From Selaginella moellendorffii (taxonomy: Eukaryota; Plantae; Lycopodiophyta): a stretch of DNA of 64,000 bases. Positions 52,304 through 62,355 of the stretch are shown here, piece by piece. The stretch spans positions 732,833-796,832 of the forward strand of contig NW_003314281.1 of assembly GCF_000143415.4 (NCBI RefSeq), written 5' to 3'. The notes beneath the pieces are model-generated. The model was not told where the DNA came from, did no database searches, and was given only the letters and a program-made list of their open reading frames with translations. The position numbers and the translations under genes are program-made. How positions within the stretch are numbered: the stretch's first letter is position 1; the number at the start of each line of letters is the position of its first letter.

Positions 52304-54797
52304 TTACCCCCACTTTCGAATGTCCAGCAGCAGGAGGACGATATCACGCATTGAAGGACGGTGAGAGACTTCCGGTGCCAAGCACCTCATCCCCAGCTCA
52401 AGGTACCAGTTGAGTTTCGCCCTGTGCTCTGGAACCAGCAGCTCCGGATCCACATGCGTTTCTATGAAGTGTTGGACGCCGCGCTTCGTAAAGCTGTTCT
52501 TGAGGAGCTGCTTCGCGGCCTGGATTGTCACTAGCCTCAGCATTACCACCCCAAAGCTGTACACATCGCTCTCCGTGGATAGAACTCCGGCTGGATCAGC
52601 GTAGTCCTGTCCAAAACGATGAGAAGCTTACAGCTTTGATTTAAAAGCCACGTACCTCGTACTGCGGCGCTTCTAACGACAATGGATACTTGATCTTTCC
52701 CTCTGAGTTGTCTCCACTCAAGAACACGGTGATTGGGTGGACGTTGCCATGAACTATCTCGAGTTCATGCAAGTGATAAAGTCCTCTTGCAGCTCCTATA
52801 GCAGTATCAATTCTTCGCGTCCAGTCTAGTGAAACACTGTTGTATCTGTGCCCTGGACACAAATCGCGTTACTCCTAGAGAAGTTGAAAACTCTTACCAA
52901 AATGGAGGTGCTCAATGAGGCTTCCCTGCGTGATGTACTCGCTCACGGTCGAGAATCGTCCTCCCTCGTTGCAATAGCCGATGAGCTTCAAGATGTTTGG
53001 ATGGTTGACTCGACAAAAGAAGTTGAGCTCGGCCTCCACAATGCCCGATGGCAAGACTTCCACAGCCACCTCCTCTCCAGTGACCAGTCTTCCCCGGTAA
53101 GCTGATCCCTCGCTCCATTTGCTCTCGTTTCTCGTCAAGGCCTCTGCGATTTCCGGCTGTGAGAACGTCCTGACTCGAGAGCTCGTTCCAAGTTGGCTGT
53201 CAAAGGCTTCGTACCAGCAGCTTCTTCCGCTTAGCACAAGCGATCGTAGACGCTTCAAACGGTCACAGATCTCTCCAAAAGTTGGCCGCTCCTCGGCATT
53301 ACGGTTCCAGCACCTCCGGATAAGTGTCGTTAGCTCCTCCGGGCAGTCCACAGGTAGCTGCGGACGCTTGTTTTCAGCACAGACCAGTATCGCAAAGTCA
53401 ATCCTTTCGATGATGTCTTCGAACGGCAGCCTTCCGGTCACCAGGTAACAGCAGATGATTGCAAAGCTGTAAACATCTGCCTTCTTCGAGTACTTTGCCT
53501 TCTCGTCCGTGTTCTCAGAGCGGAAGACTTCTGGTGCTCGGTAAATCTTTGTGCCAACTCCAACCGTGGCACTCGCAGCTTGAGACGTAGAGAAGTTCGT
53601 TTTGGCCGTGCCAAAGTCCGAGATCTTTGTGAGGATCCCAACTTCCAAGTACTTGACAAGGATGTTACGCGGCTTGAGATCCCTGTGTATGACATTCTTC
53701 GAGTGTAAGAATGCCATCCCTTCCGCTATCTGCAACATAATCGACACTGCCGTGACGAGTGGAACTCCTGCAGCCCCCTTATGCTCGCCTATAAATTTCT
53801 CCAGATCCATACTCATCCTCTCCATGACGATTGAGTACTGCTTGCCTTCGACATCACGCGTGAAGCCGATGATGCTGACAACGTTGGGATGCTGCTGCAA
53901 CGTTACCAAGGCAGTAAACTCCTTCTCGAAGCTGTAATCTCCCGGCCTGAATATCTTCACGGCAACAATTTGATCGAGCCAACCCGCTTCGTAAACCAGC
54001 CCGAAAGTGCCAGAGCCGATGAGTTTTCCCAACACCAGTTGCCTGTGGTTGATCTCGAGCTTCCCTCGGTCACCTTCCCAAAGCATGATCCTTTTGAGCT
54101 CCTCATACCCCCTTCGCCGTTTGCTCAGCTTTTCTAGAACGACGCCCTTGTCCAGAGCTGCAGCATTCTCTAGTTCACTGCGTAGACCATCCATATCAGC
54201 AACCGAAACCATAGTCATCACTCTGACATGGTATTTACTGACGTGAGGAAGATCTTCGTCTCCCAGCAGCAAAACACTCACCAGGTGTGTGAGATCCCGG
54301 AGCTGCTGGAGCACGAATTTGAATTCTTCCTCGATAAACAGCGTCCTGACCTTCCATCCTTTCCTGCTTCCCGAGGAGCTCGGGATGATCTGCAAACCCG
54401 TGTGCATGACACGCAGGAGCTCCTTGATCGCCTCGTTGCAGCTGCCTGTGCTCAAGTAGCCAGATCGCTCCCATCCTACCAGGCGGCTTGCAACCGTATG
54501 GAACGCGGAGGAAAGAAGCTTGCGCTCGGCCTCCCAGACCCCAGCGCTGGAGCTGCTAGTATCCCGAGCTCGGTCGCTGATATGAACGACACCTTCTGCA
54601 AGGCCACAAACTTGCCCGCGAGAATCTTCTGAAAGGCACCGCAACAAACACGCCATGAGAGGTGAAAGATTTCCCATCGCTACTTGCTTGTAAAGACTAT
54701 AGAGCAATCGCACCTTGAGAGTCTCGGTACAAGCTTTGTCGTATTCCTTGTGGTTTTGATCCCTGCATTGCTTGCCACGCGCGCCCAGCTTTGGCAT
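52304..54797 (-). CDS. Tandem kinase protein: DUF1221-like helical domain + active kinase + RLK-type pseudokinase; start at 54797 or 54677
   Basis: Kinase 1: GSGTFG, VAVK, HRDLKPRN, DFG, APE. Kinase 2: FSQPEI, VAVE, HPNILKLIGYC, LDWTRRI..A.GAARGL.HLH, HGNVHP, SDVYSFGVV. Three exons. Confidence 0.88.
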
Positions 54798-55404
54798 GGC
54801 TTGGATGGATGGATATATTCATGGGCGATAGCGTCCATGATCGATCCCTCCTGCAAAGAAACAGCGAAATTTTACTGTAATCCTCGCAGTCCAAAGAACA
54901 CGAAGAAATTCTACGCACAAAACAAGAAATCGACGAACTATACCGAAATTTCACGCAGAATTCGTCCCGATGTCTTCATCCGGTAGAAATTCTACGCGCA
55001 AAGCAAACCAATCCAAGAAATCGCTTTCTGGAGGAACAATACCGAGATTTCACGCAGAACTCGTCCCGATCTCGCTGGCGCTCCATCCGGTAGATGAAAT
55101 GCGAGGGCGAGCGCGAGATTAAAATGCACTCCATGGCGCGATCGCTCCATCGCGCTATCGACGCTATGCTCTAAAACCCTAGCAAGAACAAATCCCTTTT
55201 GGGGGTTTTATTGGGAAGCTTTGAATGAATGGAGGATCAGCCACCGAGCAGGGAGAATGCCGCGTGTTCGCTGCCTGATCCTTCACTTGCACTCGTTGCT
55301 CTCTCCCATCCGAGAGCAAATTCGTGCACAAATCTCTCATTCCATCCTCTAGGGCAAAGCTTTTCTTGCCCTCTCCTTCGATCGATCGATCAATCCTCCT
55401 CGCC

Positions 55405-56778
55405 CTAGGCGACGCGGCAGAGGTGAGCTCCCCAGCTCCCATCCGCATTGCAATCACCGCTAGCGCCAGGCGAGGCTCCGCCCCATCCAGGCGACCTTTG
55501 CATGATCTTGCACGACGACAATGCCGCTGGCGATGCCACCAGGAAGGAAGAAGAATTGGAAGAACAGCACGGCGGCGATCGTCCAAACAGAGAGGGTGAG
55601 CTGGTGATGGGAATCGAATTCTTGCTCGTAGTCTCACTGGATCTCATTAGGCAGAGCTCCTGGATCCCATTCATGGCGTAGAGCGACGCGGACGAGATCC
55701 TCTCGAAATTCAGCCTTCGGATTTGCTCACGCAGGATCATGTTCTCCTCGCTCTCGCTAGGGGGGAGCTGGAGATCGCTGGGAGCCTCTGGTAAGCCCGT
55801 GATCGCCGAGAGCTCTTCGAACTGATCGCTGCCAGGCATGGACATGTCCACCGAGAGATCAAAGAGCGACGTGTAAATGGAGTCGCCCTCTCCGCCACTC
55901 TGGACGACCAGCTCTTCCAGCCCCGAGAGAGTGTCGCTAAGATCATCCGAGCTGGCTGGAGAGTTCCGGCAATCGAGCTCCTGGGCTCCTGGAGGAGGAG
56001 CTCCTGGAAGAACTTCCATAGCCGCTACTCCAAAGCCGTCAAAGGTGGTAGCCATACTTCCCTGGTGATCGCTCATCCCTGGCGTGGTTTTGGCAGTGAA
56101 GAGATCGCGCTGCTGCTCTTGGTGGTGGAAGAACTTCGGGAAGCCATCGTTGGCGAGCAAGGTGGTGAAGGATTGGACGTGGAGTGGCTGTGCCTGGACG
56201 TTGCCGAGCTCTTCCTCGTCGCCAAAGTAGTGGAGCTGGTTAAAGCTGTAAGTCATGGCTTGAGCTTCGTCTTCCCCTTTCTTTGGAGCTACAGTGCATG
56301 GATTTGATGAGCTCTTCCCTCTGGCCGATTTCAGGCGCTGGTGGAGCGTCCGCGCGGCCTTGGACGGAAGAACTGAGCCGCTCGAGGGCGATGCCGCCGG
56401 TAAGAAGTTCGTGCGCGTGTTGACGCCCCGGAGCATGCAAGCCGCCTCGTCGTAAGCTCTGGCGGCGTCCTCCGCCGTGTCGAAAGTCCCCAGCCATAGC
56501 CGGATCTTCTGCGTCGTGTCTTTGATCTCCGCCACCCAGCGCCCCGACGATCTTTGCCTCACTCCCACGAACTTCTTCTTCCTTCTCCCGCTCGGCCTGC
56601 TGCTGCTACCAAGCTTCTCGCTGCTGCTCAGCACTGCCTCTCTTTCCAGTGACTCCGCTTGTGGCTTGAGCCTCCGCTGCTGGTACTTTCGCCTCCCGGT
56701 CTCGAGTCTATAGAAGGGGAAGCTCGCGTCTTGATCTTCTCCATCTCCAGCGAAAGATAGCACGCTTTGTTCCGACAT
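55405..56778 (-). CDS. AP2/ERF transcription factor, ERN1-like
   Basis: [31 protein letters not shown]...[12 protein letters not shown], plus C-terminal [17 protein letters not shown] motif; intronless. Confidence 0.9.
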   Translation of the reverse strand: MSEQSVLSFAGDGEDQDASFPFYRLETGRRKYQQRRLKPQAESLEREAVLSSSEKLGSSSRPSGRRKKKFVGVRQRSSGRWVAEIKDTTQKIRLWLGTFDTAEDAARAYDEAACMLRGVNTRTNFLPAASPSSGSVLPSKAARTLHQRLKSARGKSSSNPCTVAPKKGEDEAQAMTYSFNQLHYFGDEEELGNVQAQPLHVQSFTTLLANDGFPKFFHHQEQQRDLFTAKTTPGMSDHQGSMATTFDGFGVAAMEVLPGAPPPGAQELDCRNSPASSDDLSDTLSGLEELVVQSGGEGDSIYTSLFDLSVDMSMPGSDQFEELSAITGLPEAPSDLQLPPSESEENMILREQIRRLNFERISSASLYAMNGIQELCLMRSSETTSKNSIPITSSPSLFGRSPPCCSSNSSSFLVASPAALSSCKIMQRSPGWGGASPGASGDCNADGSWGAHLCRVA

Positions 56779-58145
56779 CTCAGACTGGAAACTGCGTAAG
56801 TTGCTGGAGAATTCTAGCTGGATTCTTAGCTGCTAAGTTCGCATCCTCTTTTTCTTCTCTCCTCTACAAGTAAGAACTTAAGCTCTGTTTGCTTTGTGCA
56901 GGATCTGCCCCCATTCCTATGATATATATATATATATCCCAGTCTTCTCCGATCCTGGCCGTCCGAACTCTCGCCACAGGTATAGTAGATTGCAAATAGA
57001 AAATCTTCGAAGCCATTCTATACTGTTTCGATTTTTCTTTGCTTTCGCCTTCGTGTTTTTCTTTAATGCAGGTTGCTTGTGCTGCTCTCACAGAGATGTC
57101 ATCGACGTATGTCTTCTTGTTACGAAGGAGATTCTTCACACCATTTGGAGCGCAATGCTGTACAGGTCACAGGTATTTCTTTTCGATCCATTTGGTGGTT
57201 TATTGCTTGGAAGGGAATTTAGCGAGGCATTTGATCTGCTCTTGTCTCACTTAGGCTGTTCGTGGCTGTAAGTTCGGGGGGATTTCGGCACTGTTCCTGG
57301 GAGTTTTTTCACTGTTCTTCTCGGCGGAAGCGTTCAACGCTTATACTTTGCAAGTGAGTTGTTGTCGTGTTTTTCTTTGAGAAAGAATGGTTCCGATCAA
57401 CTCATTCTCGTTGCGACCAGGTCAATCAACACGCTAAGTAGCACCACTCGATCCAGCGTTTGGATTAAGCTCAAGCAATCTAGTAACTCAAGCCCAGTCA
57501 AAGCACGCTGCCGATAGCTCCAAAGTTTGCAAATGGATGGAGCAAACTCGACCGGGGCGATTTGGCGTGACTTTGCACACAAATCTACGGGAAGGGGACG
57601 AGCTCTTTGGCATCACTCGCGAGATCTAGAGGCCGACGACGCAAGATTGTCCCCATCAGTTTTTTTGGGATTGTTGGTGGAGAACGACGTCGAGCCTGTT
57701 GTGACCGTCGTGATCCAAGCGAGCGTCCAAGCCCGTGATCTAAGCAAGGTTCCAAACTCTTATAATGTGGATCCAAAACTTTGGAGTCCTGCCTTGTTGG
57801 TCTCTAAATCCAAAACAAGGATCAAAGGCTGGACTGGTCAAGGATGGATGTTCTTGCCGTTTTCTCCTTGTTGCTTCTCCATGGGAGATTTTCTTACTGC
57901 CTGTTTGACCGGACAAAAGGGACCTTTTTTGCTTGGAATGCCTCCACGTGGAAACGCTACCGCGATTCCTGCACAGTGCTATAGATCCCCCTATCCACGT
58001 GGAGACTACACAGGGCGTCAACACGCCCGCAAGTTGCTGGTCCTGTCCCTTGACCCCGCGACATTTGGCAATGATAGCATGGATTTAGTTACAAAAAATC
58101 TACAAAAAGGCAAAAAACATTATGTCAATCGAGAGACAAATGTCT

Positions 58146-58218
58146 CGCCGTCCGTGGGAATCGAACCCACGACCACGTGGTTAAAAGCCACGCGCTCTAC
58201 CGGCTGAGCTAGGACGGC
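58146..58218 (-). tRNA. trnK-UUU: tRNA-Lys(UUU)
   Basis: GCCGTCC acceptor stem, TAGCTCAGCCGGTAGAGC D-arm, CTTTTAA anticodon loop, GGTTCGATTCC T-arm; downstream T-run. Confidence 0.97.
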
Positions 58219-58463
58219 AACCACAATGATTTTACCAAAACTTCTTTACAAGACAAATCAAAAGAAAGGTGGTGCAAAAGATGGATGAGACGGGCTGCTG
58301 GAGAAGTGCGTGGACTCACTGGTGTACTTCTAGAAATTATGTAAGAAGTAGAAAACTTTGTTTGAAATCAAAGATTTAAGATCATTAAAATTGAAATATC
58401 AAAGCATCAGGAATTCTTTGGACTTTAGGAAAGAAGTGAATCACCGTGCTTGAGCTTGTGCGG

Positions 58464-60773
58464 CTATCCTGCGTCGCAAGAAAAAGAGATTTGCAACAAG
58501 AGAGTGTAGGCCGAGGCCAGCGACGGAGCTCCCGGTGGAAACAGAAGAACGAGGTGGCGGAAAGACTCTTGGCCTCGACACAGATCGAGCTGATCCTTGG
58601 CGCACCCCAGCAGCGTCTGCCACGCCAGAGCATTCGGCTCAAAAGGCATGCACTCGAGCAGCTCGTGTGCCTGTGAAAGCTCCCCCGCCCGAGCCAGTGC
58701 ATCGATCAAGCACACATAGTGCTCCAGGCTCGCTGCAACTCCGGCAAAATCCCTCGCTGCCACTGCAGCGAAGAGCGCCATGGCATGGACGAGATGCCCA
58801 GCTTGGCTGCAAGCGGCCAGGAGAGACACGAAAGTGATGGCGTCCGCCTGGATCCCTTGCAGCTGCATCGTGCCAAAGAGATCCAAAGTCTGCTCCAGCG
58901 CCGCTGGAGTGAAACAGGCCGAGCCATTGGCAGCGATGAGCGTGCTCCAAGTCACTACGTCCCGGGCCTGCGCTTGCATGGCGTCGAACACCTCCCTCGC
59001 GGCCTGGAGCATCCCACGCTTGGCGTACATGTTGAGCACCGCGTTCGCCACCTTCGTCACCTGGGCCAGGAGCCGGCCATCGTCCACCTCGGCTATGATC
59101 TCGTGCACTCCACGCATCGCGCTGAGGCTGCTCTCGCTGCTCCCGCTCACTGCCTCGACCAGGCTCACGTAGCTGACATCGTCGAGCTTCACGCCTTCCA
59201 GATCCATGGCGCAGAATGTGGCCAGTGATGCCCGGCTATGCCCGGCTTGGGCATACGCCGAAACGATGGTGTTCCACGACACGGTGTCCCGCTCGTCCAT
59301 GGCATCGAAGGTGGCCTTCGCCTGCTCGATGTGCCCGAGCTGGGCATACGCCCCCGCCACGATGTTCCACAGCACCACGTCTCGAGCAGGTACTCTGTGC
59401 ATGGCCGCGTTCAGGGCGTCGTCGCTGCACACCGCCAACAGGCTCGTCCACGACACCAGATCCCGCTCGGGCATCTCGTCGAAGAGCAGCTTCGTCCCCG
59501 GAGAGTCTCCGGCACGGCTGTAGCCGGCGAGCATGGCGTTCCAAGCTGTGACATCCCAGCAGGCCATCCTGGTGAAAACTTCCCTGGCCAGGTCTAGATT
59601 CTTGGGACTGTGTTGCTGCTCCGCTAGCGCCATCACCATCGTCGTCCAGGAGAACAAGTCCCGGTGATAGCACAGCTCCTGGCTTGCAAACATGCTCGCG
59701 GCCCCTGGAAGATCTCCGCCCCTAGCAGCTGCATGGAGGGCGACGTTGCGAGCCACCAGGCTATGGGACGGGATCTTGCCCAGGAGCTGCTCCAACACGA
59801 CCAAGCTCCCAGCCGCGGCAGTAGCTCTGGCGACGAGCACCCACGACAATGCATCCCTCTCGCGCATCCTGTCAAACACGAGCTTGGCATCATCCGGCAT
59901 CCCATGGCTGCCGTAGGCCGCGATGAGTGCATTGCAGGTGACAAGGTTGTGGAGCGGCATTGCATCAAACACGGCCTTGGCTTGCTCCGTGCAGTGATTC
60001 TCGACGTAAGCTTGCATGAGCGAGTTCCACGAGACCACGTCCCAGGCCGGCATTCGCTCGAACACGGCAGTGCAGCGCTCGAGGTGGCCGGAGAGCGCAC
60101 AGGCCGAGATGAAAACGTTCCAGCTCACGCTGCTGCGCTCGGGCATGGCCTCAAACACGGCCCGCGACTCGTCCAGCTTCCCGGCCCGCGCCAGCGCCGC
60201 CACCAGCGTAGTGCACGCGACGGCATTCCACCCCGGCATTTGCCCACAAACGAGCGCCGCCTCGTCGGCTTTCTCGGCACGGGCAAATGCTGCAGCGAGG
60301 CTCGCCCACGATATCACGTTCCTCTCAGGCATCTCGTCGAAAACACTCTTCGCCTGCATCGCTGCGCAGTCCTCGCCGAGCGCCCATAGCATGTCGTTCC
60401 AGGACACAATGCTGCGGAGGGACATCTTTTGAAAAGCATCTTTCGATCCTTCCATATGCCCAGACTGGGCAAATGCATGAAGCAGGATGTTCCACGAGAA
60501 GACATTGCGCTCCTGAAGACTCGTAAACACCAACGTCGCCTCCTCTAGCCTCTCAAAGCTGCCATACATCCTAACGAGAAGATTCCCAAGGAAGGTGTCT
60601 CCGCCATAGCCACGCTTGATTATCTCGGAGTGCAACCTCTTCCCCTCGTCAAGATCCCGGCATCCTCTCAACCGCTGCCCGTAGTCATCCGTCACGTATG
60701 AGAGCTTGATTCCACGAGAGAAAATGCGGAAGATCCAGGAAGGTCTTTGCCTCGTATCAATCCATGACCACAT
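58464..60773 (-). CDS. PLS-class PPR protein rich in short (S/SS) repeats, E-like end
   Basis: Long intronless ORF with tandem ~31-aa 'VFDxMPxRxxVSW' repeats and HYVCLIDALARAG...MPFEPNALAW; start codon uncertain. Confidence 0.9.
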   Translation of the reverse strand: MWSWIDTRQRPSWIFRIFSRGIKLSYVTDDYGQRLRGCRDLDEGKRLHSEIIKRGYGGDTFLGNLLVRMYGSFERLEEATLVFTSLQERNVFSWNILLHAFAQSGHMEGSKDAFQKMSLRSIVSWNDMLWALGEDCAAMQAKSVFDEMPERNVISWASLAAAFARAEKADEAALVCGQMPGWNAVACTTLVAALARAGKLDESRAVFEAMPERSSVSWNVFISACALSGHLERCTAVFERMPAWDVVSWNSLMQAYVENHCTEQAKAVFDAMPLHNLVTCNALIAAYGSHGMPDDAKLVFDRMRERDALSWVLVARATAAAGSLVVLEQLLGKIPSHSLVARNVALHAAARGGDLPGAASMFASQELCYHRDLFSWTTMVMALAEQQHSPKNLDLAREVFTRMACWDVTAWNAMLAGYSRAGDSPGTKLLFDEMPERDLVSWTSLLAVCSDDALNAAMHRVPARDVVLWNIVAGAYAQLGHIEQAKATFDAMDERDTVSWNTIVSAYAQAGHSRASLATFCAMDLEGVKLDDVSYVSLVEAVSGSSESSLSAMRGVHEIIAEVDDGRLLAQVTKVANAVLNMYAKRGMLQAAREVFDAMQAQARDVVTWSTLIAANGSACFTPAALEQTLDLFGTMQLQGIQADAITFVSLLAACSQAGHLVHAMALFAAVAARDFAGVAASLEHYVCLIDALARAGELSQAHELLECMPFEPNALAWQTLLGCAKDQLDLCRGQESFRHLVLLFPPGAPSLASAYTLLLQISFSCDAG

Positions 60774-62355
60774 ACACAACGATGATCCAAAACGAAACAC
60801 TCACCAAAATTCTTCATCATCGCATTGCAGCGACAACTCCGGTATGCTTGTCAAGCTCTCAACCTCGCGTAGCATGTTACCGGCAAATGGCGACCATCTT
60901 CCAGGATGCAAACCGCTAGTTCTAATTTCGCTGATCAAGGCTTGCAGCCATCAAGCTCTGCGAGAGAACTGGACCCAGGTTGATGGTCAGCTCGTCAAGA
61001 TCACGTCCCTGGAACAGGCTATGGCACTACACTCGCAGGCCTCGCTCCAAAATCTCGACTGGAACGTTTACGTGGCCAGCAGCCTGGTGGATGTTTACGC
61101 AAAGTGTGGCACCATGCACGACTCGCAGTGGGTCTTCGATTCCATCCCGCAGCGCAACGTTGTATCGTGGACCTCGCTCATCGCGGGATATGCCCGGAAC
61201 GGGCATGGCACCACCGCGCTGGAGAGGTTCCAGGAGATGCATTCCAGGGCCCGGGCAGCTCCAAACGCTCAAACTTTCGTCGCTGCTCTTCAAGCCTGCG
61301 CTGCCATCCTCGAAGAAGGGTGCGGCAAAGATCGCGTTCTTGAGACATGCATGGCTCTCCACTTTCGCGCTGCAAAGCTGGGCCTCGATTCGGATGTTTT
61401 CCTTGCGAACAGCCTCGTGGATGTGTACTCCAGGTCCGGAAGTCTCGAGGACGCTCGCAGAGTGTTTGAGGGAATGCCGAACCGGGATGTGGTAAGCTGG
61501 AACTCCATGATGGCTGCATTCGCTCTCCACGGGCATCCACAGCAAGCTCTCGATTTGTTTGTCGGCATGAAGTTCCAAGGCTGTGCTCCCAGCGCTCAAA
61601 CTTTCGCCGTCTTGCTAAAGGCCGCTGCCAAGCTCGGAGCGTTGCAGACCGGGAAGATACTCCACGCGGAGATTTCTCGGTACTGCTGCTTGGATCCTGA
61701 GCTCCAGACGAACTGCTTGGTGGATTTCTACGGCAAATGCGGGAGCATGGTCAATGCCCAACGAGTTTTCGATTCCACGAGCTCCAGTGACTGCTCCATC
61801 GTGACTTGGAACTCTTTGCTGGTCGGATATAGTCGCCAGGGAGACACCACCCGCGTCTTTGCTCTTTTCGAGGCTCTCGATCGAGTAGCTTTGAGGCCGA
61901 ATGGAGTAACTTTCTCGGCTCTTCTCGCGGCTAGCAGCCACGCCGGTCTCGTCGACAAGGGACTCGAGCACTTCCACTCGATGCTCTCCAGCTATGGAGT
62001 CTCTCCCGACGCTCAGCACTGCCGTTGCATGGTGGACGTGCTGGGACGAGCAAACCGGCTGGAAGAAGCCGTGCAGATGGCGAACATGGTGCCCTGGAGC
62101 TCGGTCGCTTGGGTCACTCTCCTTGGTGCTTGCCACAAGTGGAAGAACGTAGAAGTCGGGCGGCTGGCTTTCGATACTTTGCTGAGAAGTCGAGAGCCTG
62201 TTGCGATCTCGTGCTACGTGATGATGGCCAGTATCTATGGAGCCGCGGGAATGTGGGAGAAGAAGCTGGAGATCGATGCAATGAGGAGTAAGGCCGAGGA
62301 CGATGGTCGAACGAGAGATCATCGCGAAGGAGAGTTTGAGCTTCGTCCGGCGTAG
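60724..62355 (+). CDS. PLS-E PPR protein; start at 60724 or 60844
   Basis: P-L-S repeats and HCRCMVDVLGRAN...YVMMASIYGAAGMW E-domain; no DYW. Confidence 0.9.
   Translation: MRKIQEGLCLVSIHDHIHNDDPKRNTHQNSSSSHCSDNSGMLVKLSTSRSMLPANGDHLPGCKPLVLISLIKACSHQALRENWTQVDGQLVKITSLEQAMALHSQASLQNLDWNVYVASSLVDVYAKCGTMHDSQWVFDSIPQRNVVSWTSLIAGYARNGHGTTALERFQEMHSRARAAPNAQTFVAALQACAAILEEGCGKDRVLETCMALHFRAAKLGLDSDVFLANSLVDVYSRSGSLEDARRVFEGMPNRDVVSWNSMMAAFALHGHPQQALDLFVGMKFQGCAPSAQTFAVLLKAAAKLGALQTGKILHAEISRYCCLDPELQTNCLVDFYGKCGSMVNAQRVFDSTSSSDCSIVTWNSLLVGYSRQGDTTRVFALFEALDRVALRPNGVTFSALLAASSHAGLVDKGLEHFHSMLSSYGVSPDAQHCRCMVDVLGRANRLEEAVQMANMVPWSSVAWVTLLGACHKWKNVEVGRLAFDTLLRSREPVAISCYVMMASIYGAAGMWEKKLEIDAMRSKAEDDGRTRDHREGEFELRPA

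Noticed and set aside
57527-58207. 226-aa ORF running antisense into tRNA-Lys
   Set aside because: No recognisable homology, and its end is simply the tRNA's reverse strand.
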